This document shows positions 34,814 through 48,179 of a DNA stretch of 64,000 nt, piece by piece; positions within the stretch are counted from its first letter, which is position 1, and the number at the start of each line of letters is the position of its first letter. The DNA lies in NCBI RefSeq assembly GCF_003918875.1, contig NW_025767081.1:434001-498000 (forward strand), written 5' to 3'. Origin of the DNA: Haliotis rubra. Lineage: Eukaryota. The translations under genes were made by a program, and so were the position numbers. The notes below the pieces were generated by a model that saw only the letters and a list, made by a program, of their open reading frames with translations, did not search any database and was not told the DNA's origin.

Positions 34814-37800
34814 GTAAGTGCACTGTATTAATGCTAATATTGCTGATACATTGTAATACTGCTACATCCTCACTGTAAACACCGATAAGAAAGTAATTTC
34901 GCAGCGAGACCCCCAGGGTTGAGGTGAGGTGAGGTGAAATTGGGTTTTACGTCGTGCTTGAGAATATTTCGCTCATATGACGACGTGCAACTGATTGAGG
35001 AAAATGACATACTTACACAATGTTACCTTTGGTCGTGCAAAGTTGAGCTTGGGACTTGAAACCATTGGTTTTGCGAACAACATATGCTATGTTACCTTGG
35101 GTCGAGGAAAGTAAGACTTGAGCTGTGATACCTTGAGTTATGAAAAATAGGGCTTATGCCATATAGCCGTCAGTTGTAAAATGTTGGATTTATGCCAGGG
35201 TTGTGAAAATGGGACTTGCGCGATATTAACTTGGGATGTGTAATGGCAGGGAGTACATATCCACTGTCGCATCCATATCTAGTGCCCTTTGTTTTTACTC
35301 TACACCCCACTGTCGATACTGTCCTACATATATTTATATAAATTGTCATCGTATCCTGACAGCTTAGGGGGTAGTCTGGTGGGCAAAGCGTTCGTTCGTC
35401 ACGCCGAAGACCCGGGTTCGATTCCTCACATGGGTACAATGTGTGAAGCCCATTTCTGGTGTCCCCTGTCGTGATATTGCTGGAATATTGCTAAAAGCGG
35501 CGTAAAACGTAACTCACTCACCCACTGACGGCGTCGTTCGTTGATCATGCTATCAGTCATTGGTTTAGTTGGCCCAGTGAAATACATTTGGGAATTAAAC
35601 AGTATTATTCTCTCACTTCATTTTCAGTGCTAGACTCCTACGGCAAGCTGCCTAGTGGAATTTACGAGAGAAATCTACACTGGCAGGGTTCACCGGGTGA
35701 ATGTAGGGGCATACGCGCGCAGATGAGTGCTGGAGTTGTCCTTGGTAATACAACGCTTACCTCCCCTTTTGACTTCAAAGGAAAGTACTGTCGAGCTGAG
35801 TTTCACCATCTCTCTTGGGTTGCGAACATCTTACAAATGGTATGTAAACGCTTTGTGTGTAACGTGGAACACCTTCATCTGGACACGTTTTGAACTGTAG
35901 AACTATGACATCACTAATCGTTGAGAGGCATTAATACTGTCGTCTAGATTAAGGAGGTTTCGCTTTATGTAGAGTGAGTGAGTTTAGTTTTACGCCGCTT
36001 TTAGCAATATTACGGAGGGGGACACCCGCTTTATATAGATGTAGACGTGATATCCAAAGACAATTGATTGTTTATTGAATAACCTGTAGCACATGTGGTG
36101 TGTCTTTCAGCAAATGACTTTTTTCAAATTATGCACCTAGCAGTCAATGGGTACCCGGTAGTGTAAGATGGTAATGTCACTGTAACCTTTTCACGCTTCA
36201 CAGGCACATCTTTGGTCGCACACTTGACCGGAGCCTGATGTTTATTAACTCGTTTAGTACTCGTCGTCGTAGTAGTACTATTGCTTTTGATTTCTCCTAA
36301 TTTAAGATTTCCGATAGACCGGAACATTCCAACGTTTTTTCCTTGGAACATGTAAAATATTTACAAATTATTGTGTTAAATCAATCCTGACATATTTCTT
36401 GCGAACCAATTCTTTATGAACGTTATCATAAGATGAAATAGGATGAAAAACGATTGTGTGTATTTTGACAATCTGGTGAGCTCCAGAACTTGTTGGATGC
36501 CTGGTAATATCCATGACGTCATATCAAAACCATATATGAATCAAAGTCTGTGCTGTGGATTAACAGCATCAAACGACGATGATGGATGCACCAGCATCTG
36601 TTCCAAGAGGGAGAAATGATTAACACTATGGTTGTAACTCAATGTGTTTATTGAAACACATAAATCTGCTTGTCTAACATTGTTATGTGGCAGAGAAGGT
36701 ACAAAGTGCTGACTCGACAGATATGATAACCAGCATGCCTCATATGTCATATATCATTGCCACTTCCTGCTCCCGACAGTGCCCTACAACAACAGATACA
36801 CAATGTTCTATATTGTTCTTTTGGCAGATCAGTAGAGAGGTTGTGTTTATAAAAGTGCCCAAACTCTAACATTTAATGTGTTGACGTTTTAATTTCAAAC
36901 GTGATACACTTGAAGTTATATATGCTTGTATCAAATGGTTGTTTCAAAACTTTTATTTATTGCATTTGCAAGGCAGAGAGGCGATGAAAAGAGTTTTCAG
37001 GACAGGATGTGAGTGAGTGAGTGAGTTTTGTTTTACGCCGCTTTTAGCAATATTCCAGCAATATCACGGCGGGAGACACCAGAAATGTGTTTATCGTTAG
37101 AGGTGACATACGCATTCAGGTGGTCAGGTCTGACGACAATGTCAATGCATCATTTCTTTGTAAGATTAGACAGAGTCGAGTCAGTTCACATTTGAAATAT
37201 TACTGGATTGTGCATGGTTGAACGTGAATGTCATGCTAGTGACATGACGTACTGGTATAAAACATGCTATTCAGAAGAACCCTCAATATATGGACACCCC
37301 ACAATCAAGTGACATACTTTGCCTTTGTCTAAATTGATTTTCTGCCGTTGTCTTGGTTATGATTCCAAGCGATGTTGTCAGCGAGCATCCTAGGTACCTC
37401 TTGGTAAGGGTGCTATAATGGGTGAATAAGGTTTCTGGACGCCACTTTTGGTAAATGTATTTGAAGGGATTATTAATGTAAATGAAACTTGCATTGAAAT
37501 ACATTATATTATAAACCCAGCACGGGGCATCCTCGATAATCTCCAGGGTATACGTTACGATCACTCTCCACTACTATTATCTAATCTCCAGGGTATACGT
37601 TACGATCACTTTCCACTACTATTATCTAATCTCCAGGGTATACGTTACGATCACTCTCCACTACTATTATCTAATCTCCAGGGTATACGTTACGATCACT
37701 CTCCACTACTATTATCTAATCTCCAGGGTATACGTTACGATCACTCTCCACTACTATTATCTAATCTCCAGGGTATATGTAGGGTATACGTTACGATCAC

Positions 37801-40800
37801 TCTCCACTACTAACGTATACCCTGGAGATTATCGAGGAGCACAGGGTAGCAAGTAAGTTCACTCTGGACTTTTCCGGCCTATTTAGGATTACTTTTGTTG
37901 AACACGTCGCCAGCAACCCATGCTTGTCACCTGACCGAATAAGGTGCCAAGGCTGTGAGTTTGCTGTGACCCCAAGTGGGCTAGCCAAGTGGTTAAGGTG
38001 TTCGCTCGTCACGCCGAAGACCCGGGTTCGATTCCTCACATGGGCACAATATGTGAAGCCCATTTCAGGTGTCCCCCGCCGTGATATTGCTGCAATATTT
38101 CCCAAAACGGCGTAAATCTAAACTCACTCACTCTGTGGTCCCAGGGTGGCGGAGACTGTTCAGAGCCGAGGTTAACAAGCCAGGTCCCAGCCTGACGAGG
38201 GCTTTACAATGCCTACCAAGACAGTGTGTCATTCTTTCATCTCTTTTGTGAATTAATTCAATACTGAATTGTGTTGTAACTTCACAAATAAACTATGGAG
38301 GTGTGACTCATAGTAAGTCTATGTTTCTATACATCGATGTGCGTTAGGAGGGGAGATATTGGAGCAGAGTATTTCATTCGTTACCATTCGCCCTTTTCCG
38401 TGACGAGCACTCGGCCTGTCCCGGAACAACACGAGTTGGTTACGAACGACAGTGCCACTGCTCCAAACGCACGAGGTTTGCACGGACAAATATCGCTGTT
38501 GTCACGTGACTGGAAACACATGGGATTTCAAACTGCCTTCCGAAATAAAACAGTCGTGACGTACCACGGAAGACTTTTAGACCCTAACTACCTTTATTGT
38601 ACGGACGACATGACTGAACAAGAAAGTCCAGACGAAAATGATGTTCACCTGCGTTTTGGGAATTCGCCAAGAACACAGAAGTTGACGGAAGGTTGGAAAT
38701 TTGTTGTTGGCTTTGTTTGATATGCTCCAAATTTGGGTTGCAGTATTTTTTGTGTTCAAAACCTCCCAAGAATCTAAAACCTCAATAGGGCCCTTTCTGG
38801 ATCAGAAACAGCCTGTGTTATACTCAAACGTAGGTCTTGCAATGATCAGCACATTTGTCTGTCTCCCGTTCTCGAACCTACTTTACTATAGATTTCGGGG
38901 CGGTTGGGTAGCTTTGTGGTTGAAGCGTTCGCTCGTCACGCCGGAATATTGCTAAAAATGCGGCGTAAAACTAAACTCGCTCCCTACTATTGGTTTAATA
39001 TGTGATAGAAAGTAATGCATTTATAAAATCGTTGATATGCTTCATTTAACAAAATACCAAAGCAGGCAACAGTTGTCTGCTTGTTCATTAGATTTGGCCC
39101 CGTCAGATCATCATTGGAGGCATGTTGTCGGATCTAGCCCATCAGTTCAGATTTTAAGTATTGTTAAAGTTATATTTTCATGATGCCACTCCTAGATCAA
39201 CTGACCTGTTTTCCAGGATGACGCCCTGACGTGGGGCATGTGTGTCCCTGACACGTGTAGCGAGAAGGACGTGGAAGGACTGTTCCAGTTAGGTAGGTAC
39301 TTCTTCATTGAACCAGTAGATAAAGTCAGTCCAGTCGATCGTTGGACTCCAGGTATCATAACGCCAAGGATTTTTAAAGGGGGATCTTAATGTTTCCCTG
39401 CCCAGCGTTTAGCAAATCAGGCAGGGGACATAACTAGAACTGATTGGATAGCAGTCCATGTTATAATACGGAATGGTGGGCTGCCGCACTTTCAACCCGG
39501 AAGTAGTCCCAACTAGTATTTGCGTGGGAAAGACTTCCGCCCGTATCCCCTCTTAAATTTCATACTTTTTGTCAAATCATATCATCTGAATTATATTCCT
39601 CATCTGATAAGGATGAGTTTTAAAATGTTTCTTTAATTGTATCTGAACATACTGAAGACATATCCCTCTTCTGAAAATGCCACTCAAAGAATTTTTCCCT
39701 CACCGTTAAAATTTAGGGGGGATACGGGCGGACGTCTTACCCAATTTTGAGTGACTTTGTGTTTGGTCATTTTCTTCAAGTTCACTGCGATTAATGAATT
39801 CTCACATCAAACGTGATGCGTGTTCACGTTCCACACCCCTCAATGCGTTGTTTTGGGCTGACTTGCTAAATTAGCGTAGATCACTGGATTGTTTGGTCCA
39901 GAGTGTAAGGAATTTTGTTTATACGGAGTACAGGTGTTTACAGGGATCCACCTAATTGTCATGGACAGGTGTGTATGAGAGAACATTTTGTTTCATAAAT
40001 GGAATTTTGTCAAAGTTATTTCTTTTATACATTTACACTGCACTCATTGCACTATTTTCAAAGCCTCCTCCTCGGTCCTGATTTTCGGTGGTATACAAGT
40101 TACTTCTCCAGCGTCATAACATTAGGTATAAACATATTAATATGAATTGGAATTTAGTGATGTTGGGATGTTGACTGCTGCAGCCTTAGGGCAAATATTG
40201 GCCTCTGTGCCGGTCTTGACAAACCTCTGGAGTTCAGTCTTTCAGACTGAGGAACGAGTGTTCACGGTTGACTTGAATGGGGGAGATGGGTATGCAAGGC
40301 ATTCAGAATATCTAACGCAACACCCACCAAGAACAAGGTCGTCAGCAACCCAAGTTTGCGGTCTTCTTTACGATTGTCGTGCGGCCTTCTTTACGATTGT
40401 CGTTTGTCATCGTATTGCAATTGAGTAGATCGAGGCTCATGTCAATCATTGGTTTGTCTGGTCCAGACTCGATTTACAGACTGCCGCCATGTAGCTTGAG
40501 TAGAGCCGAGAGCGGCGTTTGACACCCCCAAGAAGCAAGCTGAAACAACACTATATAGACGATGAGGAACGCATCCTATGGTGCTATGCTAGAATGTTTT
40601 GACATTTAAAAGCGTAACTTGCGTAAGTAATTGACCCGAAGACACGATGGAATGACCCGGAAGTGATATAGGATTTCGTTCAAATGTGCTTGATCTGTAA
40701 TTTGACCTAAAGTACTGTCGGAAATATAAATGTGAAAAAGGTTTTCTTCTATCTATGATTTATGTAGTTAAACTAAGTTCGGCCTAACTATAGGGAGATA

Positions 40801-43800
40801 GGAAACGTAAAACATGGACTTTACTGAGGAGAGATTAGTGCAGAAATGAGCAATGTGGTTTATTTTGTAAGTCCAAAGCGACTTATTTGGAACAGACCAT
40901 GGCTTTATGCAAATTAGTGTGTGGTATTGTATAACAAAGGACACTTTTTAAATGCCCATTTTGAAATTAGACTTGGCTTAATTATAAACGATAGCCGACG
41001 TAAAAAAATGATTTTAATACTGAAACTAAGGATGTAGCTGCAATGGAGTCACACTATCACTTTAAAAAACAAGTAGGAGGGGTCGTCTCAAAAGCAAAAC
41101 CAGGACGGGTGTCTCAGACGGTTGTTGGGGTCGGGCGGGTTAATAGAGATATCACTGAGATAGAATATAACTTTATGAAAGACACGTTAGGTGTTAAGCA
41201 ATAGATGAGACATGAACGCAAAACAAAAAGCATAAAATATCTTTGAGATGAGCCCCTTGTGCCTGTAGGCAGCACATGCATTTTATGCCAGGTGAGTCGT
41301 CATACCTGGCTGAGCGACCTTGTTGCCATCTATAGTCGGATCTATTGTTTTAAACAGCTATTCGTACTTTTTCTAAGTTTATATCCGATTTCACGAGTAA
41401 ACATGCTTTTCTGGATATCTTATTAGCATCCCACTGAACGCCCAGTTAGGCCGATGTGGGTTATTGGAACATATTCGAATTCTGTTTGTAATTGTGTAAA
41501 GTTTAGGGATACAGTGTAACAGCCTATTTCCGACCGTACTGTAGTGCTTCTGTAGGACAAGTCTTCCTGACCTGTAACATCCTGGTTTGTACAAAACATC
41601 ATTTTGAAGTGCATTTTGGTTATGTGTAGATTGCGAGACAAAATATGTAACTAATATGTAGATGTTCTTAAATATATTTTATATATTGCAGGTTTTATGA
41701 AAAAATTCAAGATAACCCCTGATAATGTCTCCTGTTCAGACAGTCAGAAGCATAATGGTCATGTGCACGTCACATCCGGTACGACCACGTGAGTACATGG
41801 CATCCAGGATACCTCCGTGATAAGAGTCGATCATGTCTGAGAAATATTCTTGACCTATTAATATCGGGTTATATAACTGGTGTTCAGGAGGCCGGACCCT
41901 GTTCCTCAAAGCGATCGTAGCGCTAAGATGATTGTAACACCCATCCTCCCATTACGACAGTCGTAGCGCTAAGATGATTGTAACACCCATCCTACAACAG
42001 TCGTAGCGCTAAGATGATTGTAACACCCATCCTCCAACAGACTTACGACAGTCGTAGCGCTAAGATGATTGTAACACCCATCCTCCAACAGACTTACGAC
42101 AGTCGTAGCGCTAAGATGATTGTAACACCCATCCTCCAACAGACGTACGACAGTCGTAGCGCTAAGATGATTGTAACACCCATCCTCCAACAGACTTACG
42201 ACAGTCGTAGCGCTAAGATGATTGTAACACCCATCCTCCAACAGACTTACGACAGTCGTAGCGCTAAGATGATTGTAACACCCATCCTCCAACAGACTTA
42301 CGACAGTCGTAGCGCTACGATCGCTTAGAGGAGGGGGACCCTGGGCCCACCTGCACAAAGCGATCTTGTAGCGACTATCTAAGATGATTGTAGTTACGAC
42401 GCCTAAGATCCTTTGTGCCCCAACAAGCTGGTTTGGCACTTGGAACGACAGTCGTAAAGAAACATGTTAAAACATCCTTATAAGACAGAATATATAAAGG
42501 ACTCACATAAACCCTAGGGGGATCACATAAACCCTAGGGGTAAAAATACATAAATCACTAACTGGCATCGTTATAAATGAAACCCCGTCATTAAAACTAC
42601 TCATTTCGACCTTTAATTGACTTAAATCGACCTTTTTGACAACAGTGCACAATTCTCACCCGCGAACGAAATTTCAACCAATCAGAGCGGCGCGACTCTG
42701 TGACGTCATATGAGGAATAGCTTTGAGGGCCGATGCAGAATTCATCTACATTTTAGGGGTAAATTATCTTGTTTACAGGCTTGTATAAACCTGAAATCGT
42801 GACAATTGTTGTGGAAAATGAAAGCTATATGTTCTCACAATCTACTGTCATTTAATTTTGTCTCCTGCTTTGCCTAGTTTCCGAGTTACAACTTGTTTTC
42901 ATAGACGCTTCTGTCACAATTGATTGGTGTCGTTAGGCCCTATTTGTATAATGACTGATCCAAATTGATCCCATTTCTGTGTTTTTTTACCTCGATATTT
43001 AATCATGTCATGTAAAAATCTGTTTGTATTCTCAAAACAGTGTCGGCCCATAAGTTTTCACATGCAATACAGCAATTAATACTCCCTTGTTGTAACCCGT
43101 GTTAGGTGGTATAAACCTACACATGTTATTTGTCATCATTCACTTGATGGTCAGTTAATGAATTTATAACAGGTATAATTAGTGGTAACACACTTAGATT
43201 ACCCGACAAAGGTTCCCATTTGGCATTTCTTGTGTCTGGAGTAAATATTCAACATTATAAACATCGATCAAAGGATTAACCGATAACACGCTGATTGATT
43301 AATTACTTTTATCTTACACAGAGGAATTGTCAAAAGGTAGTGTTTATGTATGTAGATTTACTAATCTATACTGAATACACTCTGCCGTGTCGGTGTCTGC
43401 GTAAAAACAACGTCCTTCTTTCAAAGGATTAACCGGCAATACATTGATTGATTGCCCATTATTGGCTAACTAAATTACTGTTTTTAATGAAAGGCGGACA
43501 TTATGCAATTAGTTGCCAGGTGTGCTATCTTGGGTGACCAATGAGACTATACACCAATACCTGAAAAGATTTATCACTTTTTTCGTATATTAAACTGTTA
43601 AAAGACACATCATTTGGAACAGTTTTGTGGATATTGATGGATACATTCCTCAAACAAGGTAATGGCCTGATATTGTTCCTATAACTTTAATCTGTTTTAA
43701 TTTTAATATTTGCATTTTTTTTTTTATTCATTTGTCGTAGCATTCAACAGAATCATTGTTTTCGCCGTGAAGTGTAATGAGACAGACAACATACACTAGG

Positions 43801-46800
43801 GTGTGTGTGCGAATTATGATTCACATTGGCAAACTATAAAATGTCTAGATATTACAGTTCTGTTATAAATTCACTATAAGTATCAGCAGATCGTCAGCTT
43901 TTTATTTAGTTTCAAAATGCATAAAAGTATGATAATAAACTAATTAGGATTATAAGACCAAACATAAAGACGCACATTGACTAGTATCTACATACTGGTG
44001 AGTGGACATTAACCATGTGAATGTAGCAAGAAATTTATCGCGCAGTATTGTGACTTCGACCCCACCTCGCTTCCGTGGAAGAAATCGTTATGTTATAAGT
44101 TGTGTCATGCAAAATCCTTTTGGTTATGATTCCAATACATATTTAACTACGAGTAGAAAGTAGTTTTGATTTTCTAACTTGATGAAAACAAACTATAATC
44201 TCATTAATTCTAACAGACTTTACGATTTTCAAAAATGGCGGCGCCCTGTCGGGAACATCCGCCAGTCTGTGGATAAATGCTATTTAGGTTTGTTTTCACC
44301 GAGTTACAAAATCAAAACTACTTTCTACTGGTAGTAAAATATGTATTTTTTATTGATGGCCAATAGGATTTTGCATGACATAGCGTATAACATAACAATT
44401 TCTCCTGGCAGCGAGGTGGGTGTCAATATAATACTACTTACAATATTATTGTTACTTCGACCACAACCTCACTTCCAAGGAAGAAATCGTTATGTTACAA
44501 GTTGTGTTATGGAAAATCTTTATGGTCATCAATCATATACATATTTTACTATAACTAGTAAGTAGTTTTGATTCTTTAACTTCCGTGAAGCGATCTGAAC
44601 ACAAGTAAGATATCGTTTCAGGCTTCCACAACGCTCGCTTCGCACTCACAAACATAACCCATTTAGCACGAACTGCGGGGTCCTGTGGAAATCTGTGCAT
44701 GGTGACACCATCACCCGACCCCTAGGAGCAATTGACGACAAAGCAACGATTCGGCATGTCGTCGTTCATGTCGAGAAATCATCAAAATGATGAGCGTGCT
44801 ACACACTTTCTATACAACTAACTGAAAATCGTTCCTCATATGACGTCACTGCAGTGCTCTGGCGACAGAGTTACGTAACCTGTCTGTGGTTTCGTTGGCG
44901 GGCGAGAGGGAAGCAGGTGACTTTTTGGCCACTTTTAATCGCTCGGTATTAATTAACCACAAGTTTTTAAAGAATAACTTTGGTGTTCCGCATAAGACTA
45001 ACCACAAATCTTTCATATGTAATGGTTAAAAGAGTAACAAAAAACAAAGTTTAGTGGTTCTTTAAAGCGTTGGCTCGTCACGCCGAAGACCCGGGTTCGA
45101 TTTCTCACATGGGTACAATGTGTGAAGGCCATTTCTGGTGTCCCCCGCCGTGATATTGCTGGAATATTGCTAAAAGCGGCGTAAAACTAAACTCAGTCCT
45201 CATTTATAGAATGAATTCTTGTGAACAAGTCAGGGAAGTGGGGTAGCATACTGGTTAAAGCGTTCGCTCGTTGCGCCGAAGACCCGGATTCGATTCCCGA
45301 CATGGGTTCACTGTGGAGACCATTTCTGGTGTCCCGCGCCTGAATGAATGGTGCATGAATATTGCTAAAAGCTGTGTAAAACTATACTCTAATCGTCACG
45401 ACCGACATATTTCCAGTCGACCCAGTGTTGCAACAACAAACGCCTTCGACTTGCTTATAAGGTCATATTCTGACTGCAAAGATCGGATCAGGCCAGACGA
45501 ATTGATGAACTGTTTGTTCTCTCCCTGTGACATCGACAGTGAGTACCTTTCCAGAAATACCAGGCCTACCAAAGAAAACTTTCCCACTGTGCAGAAAAAC
45601 GCAGAAAAGCCCACATTAATCGTGGAAATAGCAACATAAACATAATACCTCGCTACTGAAACAGTGAAAACGGCAACTTTAAATCGCTAACACTGCATCA
45701 TAAAACGAGGAGCCCGCAACTTCGATTTTGCGCATGCGCACATGGAAGAGGAAGTCTCGACCGCATGTTGACATTTTCCAGCTTGGACAAAAGTTACATT
45801 TCTTTTTAAGTATTTCTGTTGTGTTATTTGTCATTTATCATCATGATACTTGTGTGCACACTTGTTTAGTTTACTTTCCATTCGTATGAAACAACTGACA
45901 GCGATTATTTCGACATATTTAATACTTTTTTTACGCGAGGCGATTCACGGTTGCTCGGAAATTGGAAAGAAGCCCGGATCGTAATGCACATGCGCAGTAG
46001 AGGTCAAAGTTCGCTGATTACTATGAAAGCTATGAAAATGTTGCAGTTTCATAGTTTTTCGTTGCAGTTTTTACTGTTTCAGTAGCGAGGTAATGTGTTT
46101 ATGTTGCTATTTCCACGATTAATGTGCGCTTTTCTGCACAGTGGGAAAGTTTTCTTTGGTAGGCCTGTATACCTAGTTGCCAGATCTATACAGAAGTGAC
46201 TGGGGTAGCCTAGTGGTTAAAGCGTTAGCTCGTGACGCCGGAAACCCGGGTTCGATGGGTACAATGTGTAAAGGACCTGGTGTCCCCTACTGCGATACTG
46301 CTTGAATATTGCCAAAAGCGGCGCCATGAATGCGTAAAGCTTTAATCGATATTTAGGAATCACAATAGCACTGGGAAAGGGCGTAGTTTATAGTTACCTC
46401 CTTGGAATCACGTCATGTTGACAGTGAAAAAAAAGGTTAAAGTCTCCTTTGCCATACATAGCTTTGTTTTGCAGAAAATGGTAACATCAGCAAGCGCGAA
46501 TGGCAGACAGAAAGCCACAGACTTGGAATGGACATGGCTGACCATGGAAAGATTGCGCGAACCTTCATCGAGTTGGACATTAACAAGGACCTCCAAATAG
46601 ACGCACCTGACCTCGAGTATCTCTTTGCCTTCTTTGACGACACCGGTGAGAGGTCCCCTTTTCGACATCCATTCCACAAGACTAGAAACGTTTTATTACA
46701 AATGTTAACACAGTAACTTGAGTCCTTTGGCTAGAATGACACGCAAGTGTGGCTTGAAATGGAGAGAGCAATAATATTATTTTCCCTTTTTCAGGCGACG

Positions 46801-46853
46801 GGCTTCTCAGCCTTCCGGAGTACATTTACAATTGGCAGTCTCTCATCTCGTAG
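34206..46853 (+). CDS. Predicted 7-exon gene: secreted NRF-domain (NRF-6 N-terminal-like) plus EF-hand calcium-binding protein, ~447 aa
   Basis: Exons 34206-34813, 35628-35839, 39217-39292, 41692-41788, 45417-45538, 46475-46645, 46795-46853; all introns GT-AG with phases 1,0,1,2,1,1 matching; needs removal of one C in the C5 run at 34680-34684; AATAAA at 46941. Confidence 0.7.
35628..35839 (+). CDS. Exon 2: NRF domain core
   Basis: ttttcag|TG completes WALK-M-LDSYGKLPSGIYERNLHWQGSPGEC...FKGKYC, the NRF-6 family motif D..GK.PSG...N..W.G...EC; donor ATG|gtatgt. Confidence 0.85.
37530..37838. repeat. MITE whose interior expanded into a 45-bp minisatellite (~6 units)
   Basis: TIRs TCCTCGATAATCTCCAGGGTATACGTTA and TAACGTATACCCTGGAGATTATCGAGGA enclose tandem CTCCAGGGTATACGTTACGATCACTCTCCACTACTATTATCTAAT. 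Confidence 0.85.
39217..39292 (+). CDS. Exon 3: NRF domain C-terminal motif
   Basis: ttttccag|DDALTWGMCVPDTCSEKDVEGLFQL-G|gtaggt; G.C.P..CS..D is the NRF-6 family motif. Not present in the supplied ORF track. Confidence 0.85.
41692..41788 (+). CDS. Exon 4: end of NRF domain and start of Thr-rich linker
   Basis: tattgcag|(G)FMKKFKITPDNVSCSDSQKHNGHVHVTSGTT-AC|gtgagt; phase 1 in, phase 2 out. Confidence 0.7.
41895..42340. repeat. Harbinger-like MITE expanded into a 51-bp minisatellite (~8 units)
   Basis: Unit GACAGTCGTAGCGCTAAGATGATTGTAACACCCATCCTCCAACAGACTTAC bracketed by inverted AAGCGATCGTAGCGCTA and TAGCGCTACGATCGCTT. Confidence 0.85.
45417..45538 (+). CDS. Exon 5: linker and start of EF-hand domain
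   Basis: atttccag|T-RPSVATTNAFDLLIRSYSDCKDRIRPDELMNCLFSPCDID-A|gtgagt; phase 2 in, phase 1 out. Confidence 0.75.
45561..46167. mobile_element. Non-autonomous DNA transposon with ~120-bp imperfect TIRs in intron 5
   Basis: CAGGCCTACCAAAGAAAACTTTCCCACTGTGCAG... and ...CTGCACAGTGGGAAAGTTTTCTTTGGTAGGCCTG. Confidence 0.85.
46475..46645 (+). CDS. Exon 6: EF-hand motifs
   Basis: ttttgcag|AA completes the canonical loop DIDKNGNISKRE; second loop DINKDLQIDAPD; ends FFDDT-G|gtgag. Confidence 0.85.
46795..46853 (+). CDS. Exon 7: last EF-hand and stop codon
   Basis: ttttttcag|GC completes DDTGDGLLSLPE-YIYNWQSLIS-TAG; AATAAA at 46941-46946. Confidence 0.85.
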
Positions 46854-48179
46854 TTCTTGAGAACTGATCTTTCCAACAGAAGAGACGAAATAGAACGCAG
46901 GAATAACATCGTTTATTCTACAATATGGTTACAGTTTAAAAATAAAATGCGGTTGCCATCCCTGACCTCAGCTTTGTTACCATTGTCGCCAGACATCCTC
47001 TCTTCAACAGCCATCTGAAAACTGACATCAATCATTTCTTTAGCTTCTGCATATAGGATCACACTACAACATGTCTCACGTCGTGCTTGTGAGTTTAGTT
47101 TAAGCAGCAATATGGCGGTGATCAGCATCGATCTGCGCAATTGGGAACCGATGACATGTGTCAACCAAGTCAGCGAGCCTGATCCCGTTAGTCGCCTTTT
47201 GTGGCTGAAGATCTTGCCATCCACTTCAAAAGATTAAGAAACACTGTGCACACCCAGGAATATGAAATCAGAGATCTTTGTTGTTTAAAAATATCCCGTG
47301 GAAAACACAACGAACCATCATGCAATCAGTCAATATTTTCCATGGATACTACTGACATTTACCAAAGTTCCCTCCACGAACCTGACACCAGATCGACTTT
47401 ATTGCGCAAAACTCTTGAGGTGAACGACTTGATCGTTTAGAACTTCAACAAAGCATAGAATTCTGCATGGTGTGACATATTGCATACACTATTGTAAAAT
47501 ATAAATAGCTCATCCTCCATTGTGGGATATCGTCTTACATGTGAAACGTTTCCAAAAAGTATATGTCCGCTCCATTACTTTTCAACGAATGGAGTGCTAG
47601 ATATAGGTGAGTTTAGTTTTACGTCGCTTTCAGCAATATAACGGCATTTTGACAGAAATGGGCTTCACACGTTGTGCTTATGAAAATACTTCGAACCTGT
47701 AATTTAACGTGACGAGGTAATATCCAAGAGGCTACCCCATTCCGTTAAAAAATGTGACTCGGCTCCATGGTTTCTTTTAAGGAATGGAAATTGTCCAAGA
47801 TATCTTACCCATCACTTAAATGCTGAGCAGCAGATACCATTACTACTCTTTGCTAGTTGTATTGAAACAGTCAACAATGGCTTCAAACAAGAAAGAAAGT
47901 GGGGACATCTACATTGAATGGTGCTGGAATCAAACGGGATGCTGTTTTTGTTGATCCAGCTTGGATTATGAACAGAACAGTTGGTGAACAAGAAGGGACA
48001 TGATATCGTACAGAATATAGTTTGGGTGTATAGGGTCCGTAAGTAGGTCACGGCATTTCGTGAAACCTTAGTAGTTCCGGTGACAAACGTCGTTTCATAC
48101 CGTTTGGAATGGTCTCGTGCTTAACAATAAGGAACTGCTAATCCTTGCATAACAAATTTCCGATTTAACCATCCCCAAA

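Noticed and set aside
15220-42340. 26-, 45- and 51-bp tandem arrays as CRISPR arrays
   Set aside because: Units are contiguous with no unique spacers, there are no cas genes, and the context is eukaryotic.
41969-42439. Repetitive ORFs from the 51-bp and 45-bp arrays
   Set aside because: Unit lengths are multiples of three, so open frames arise passively; both arrays are intronic MITE derivatives.
41778-46475. Alternative splice from TCCG|gtacga directly to the EF-hand exon 6
   Set aside because: Weaker donor and it destroys the first EF-hand loop; the route through exon 5 uses gtgagt donors and restores DIDKNGNISKRE.
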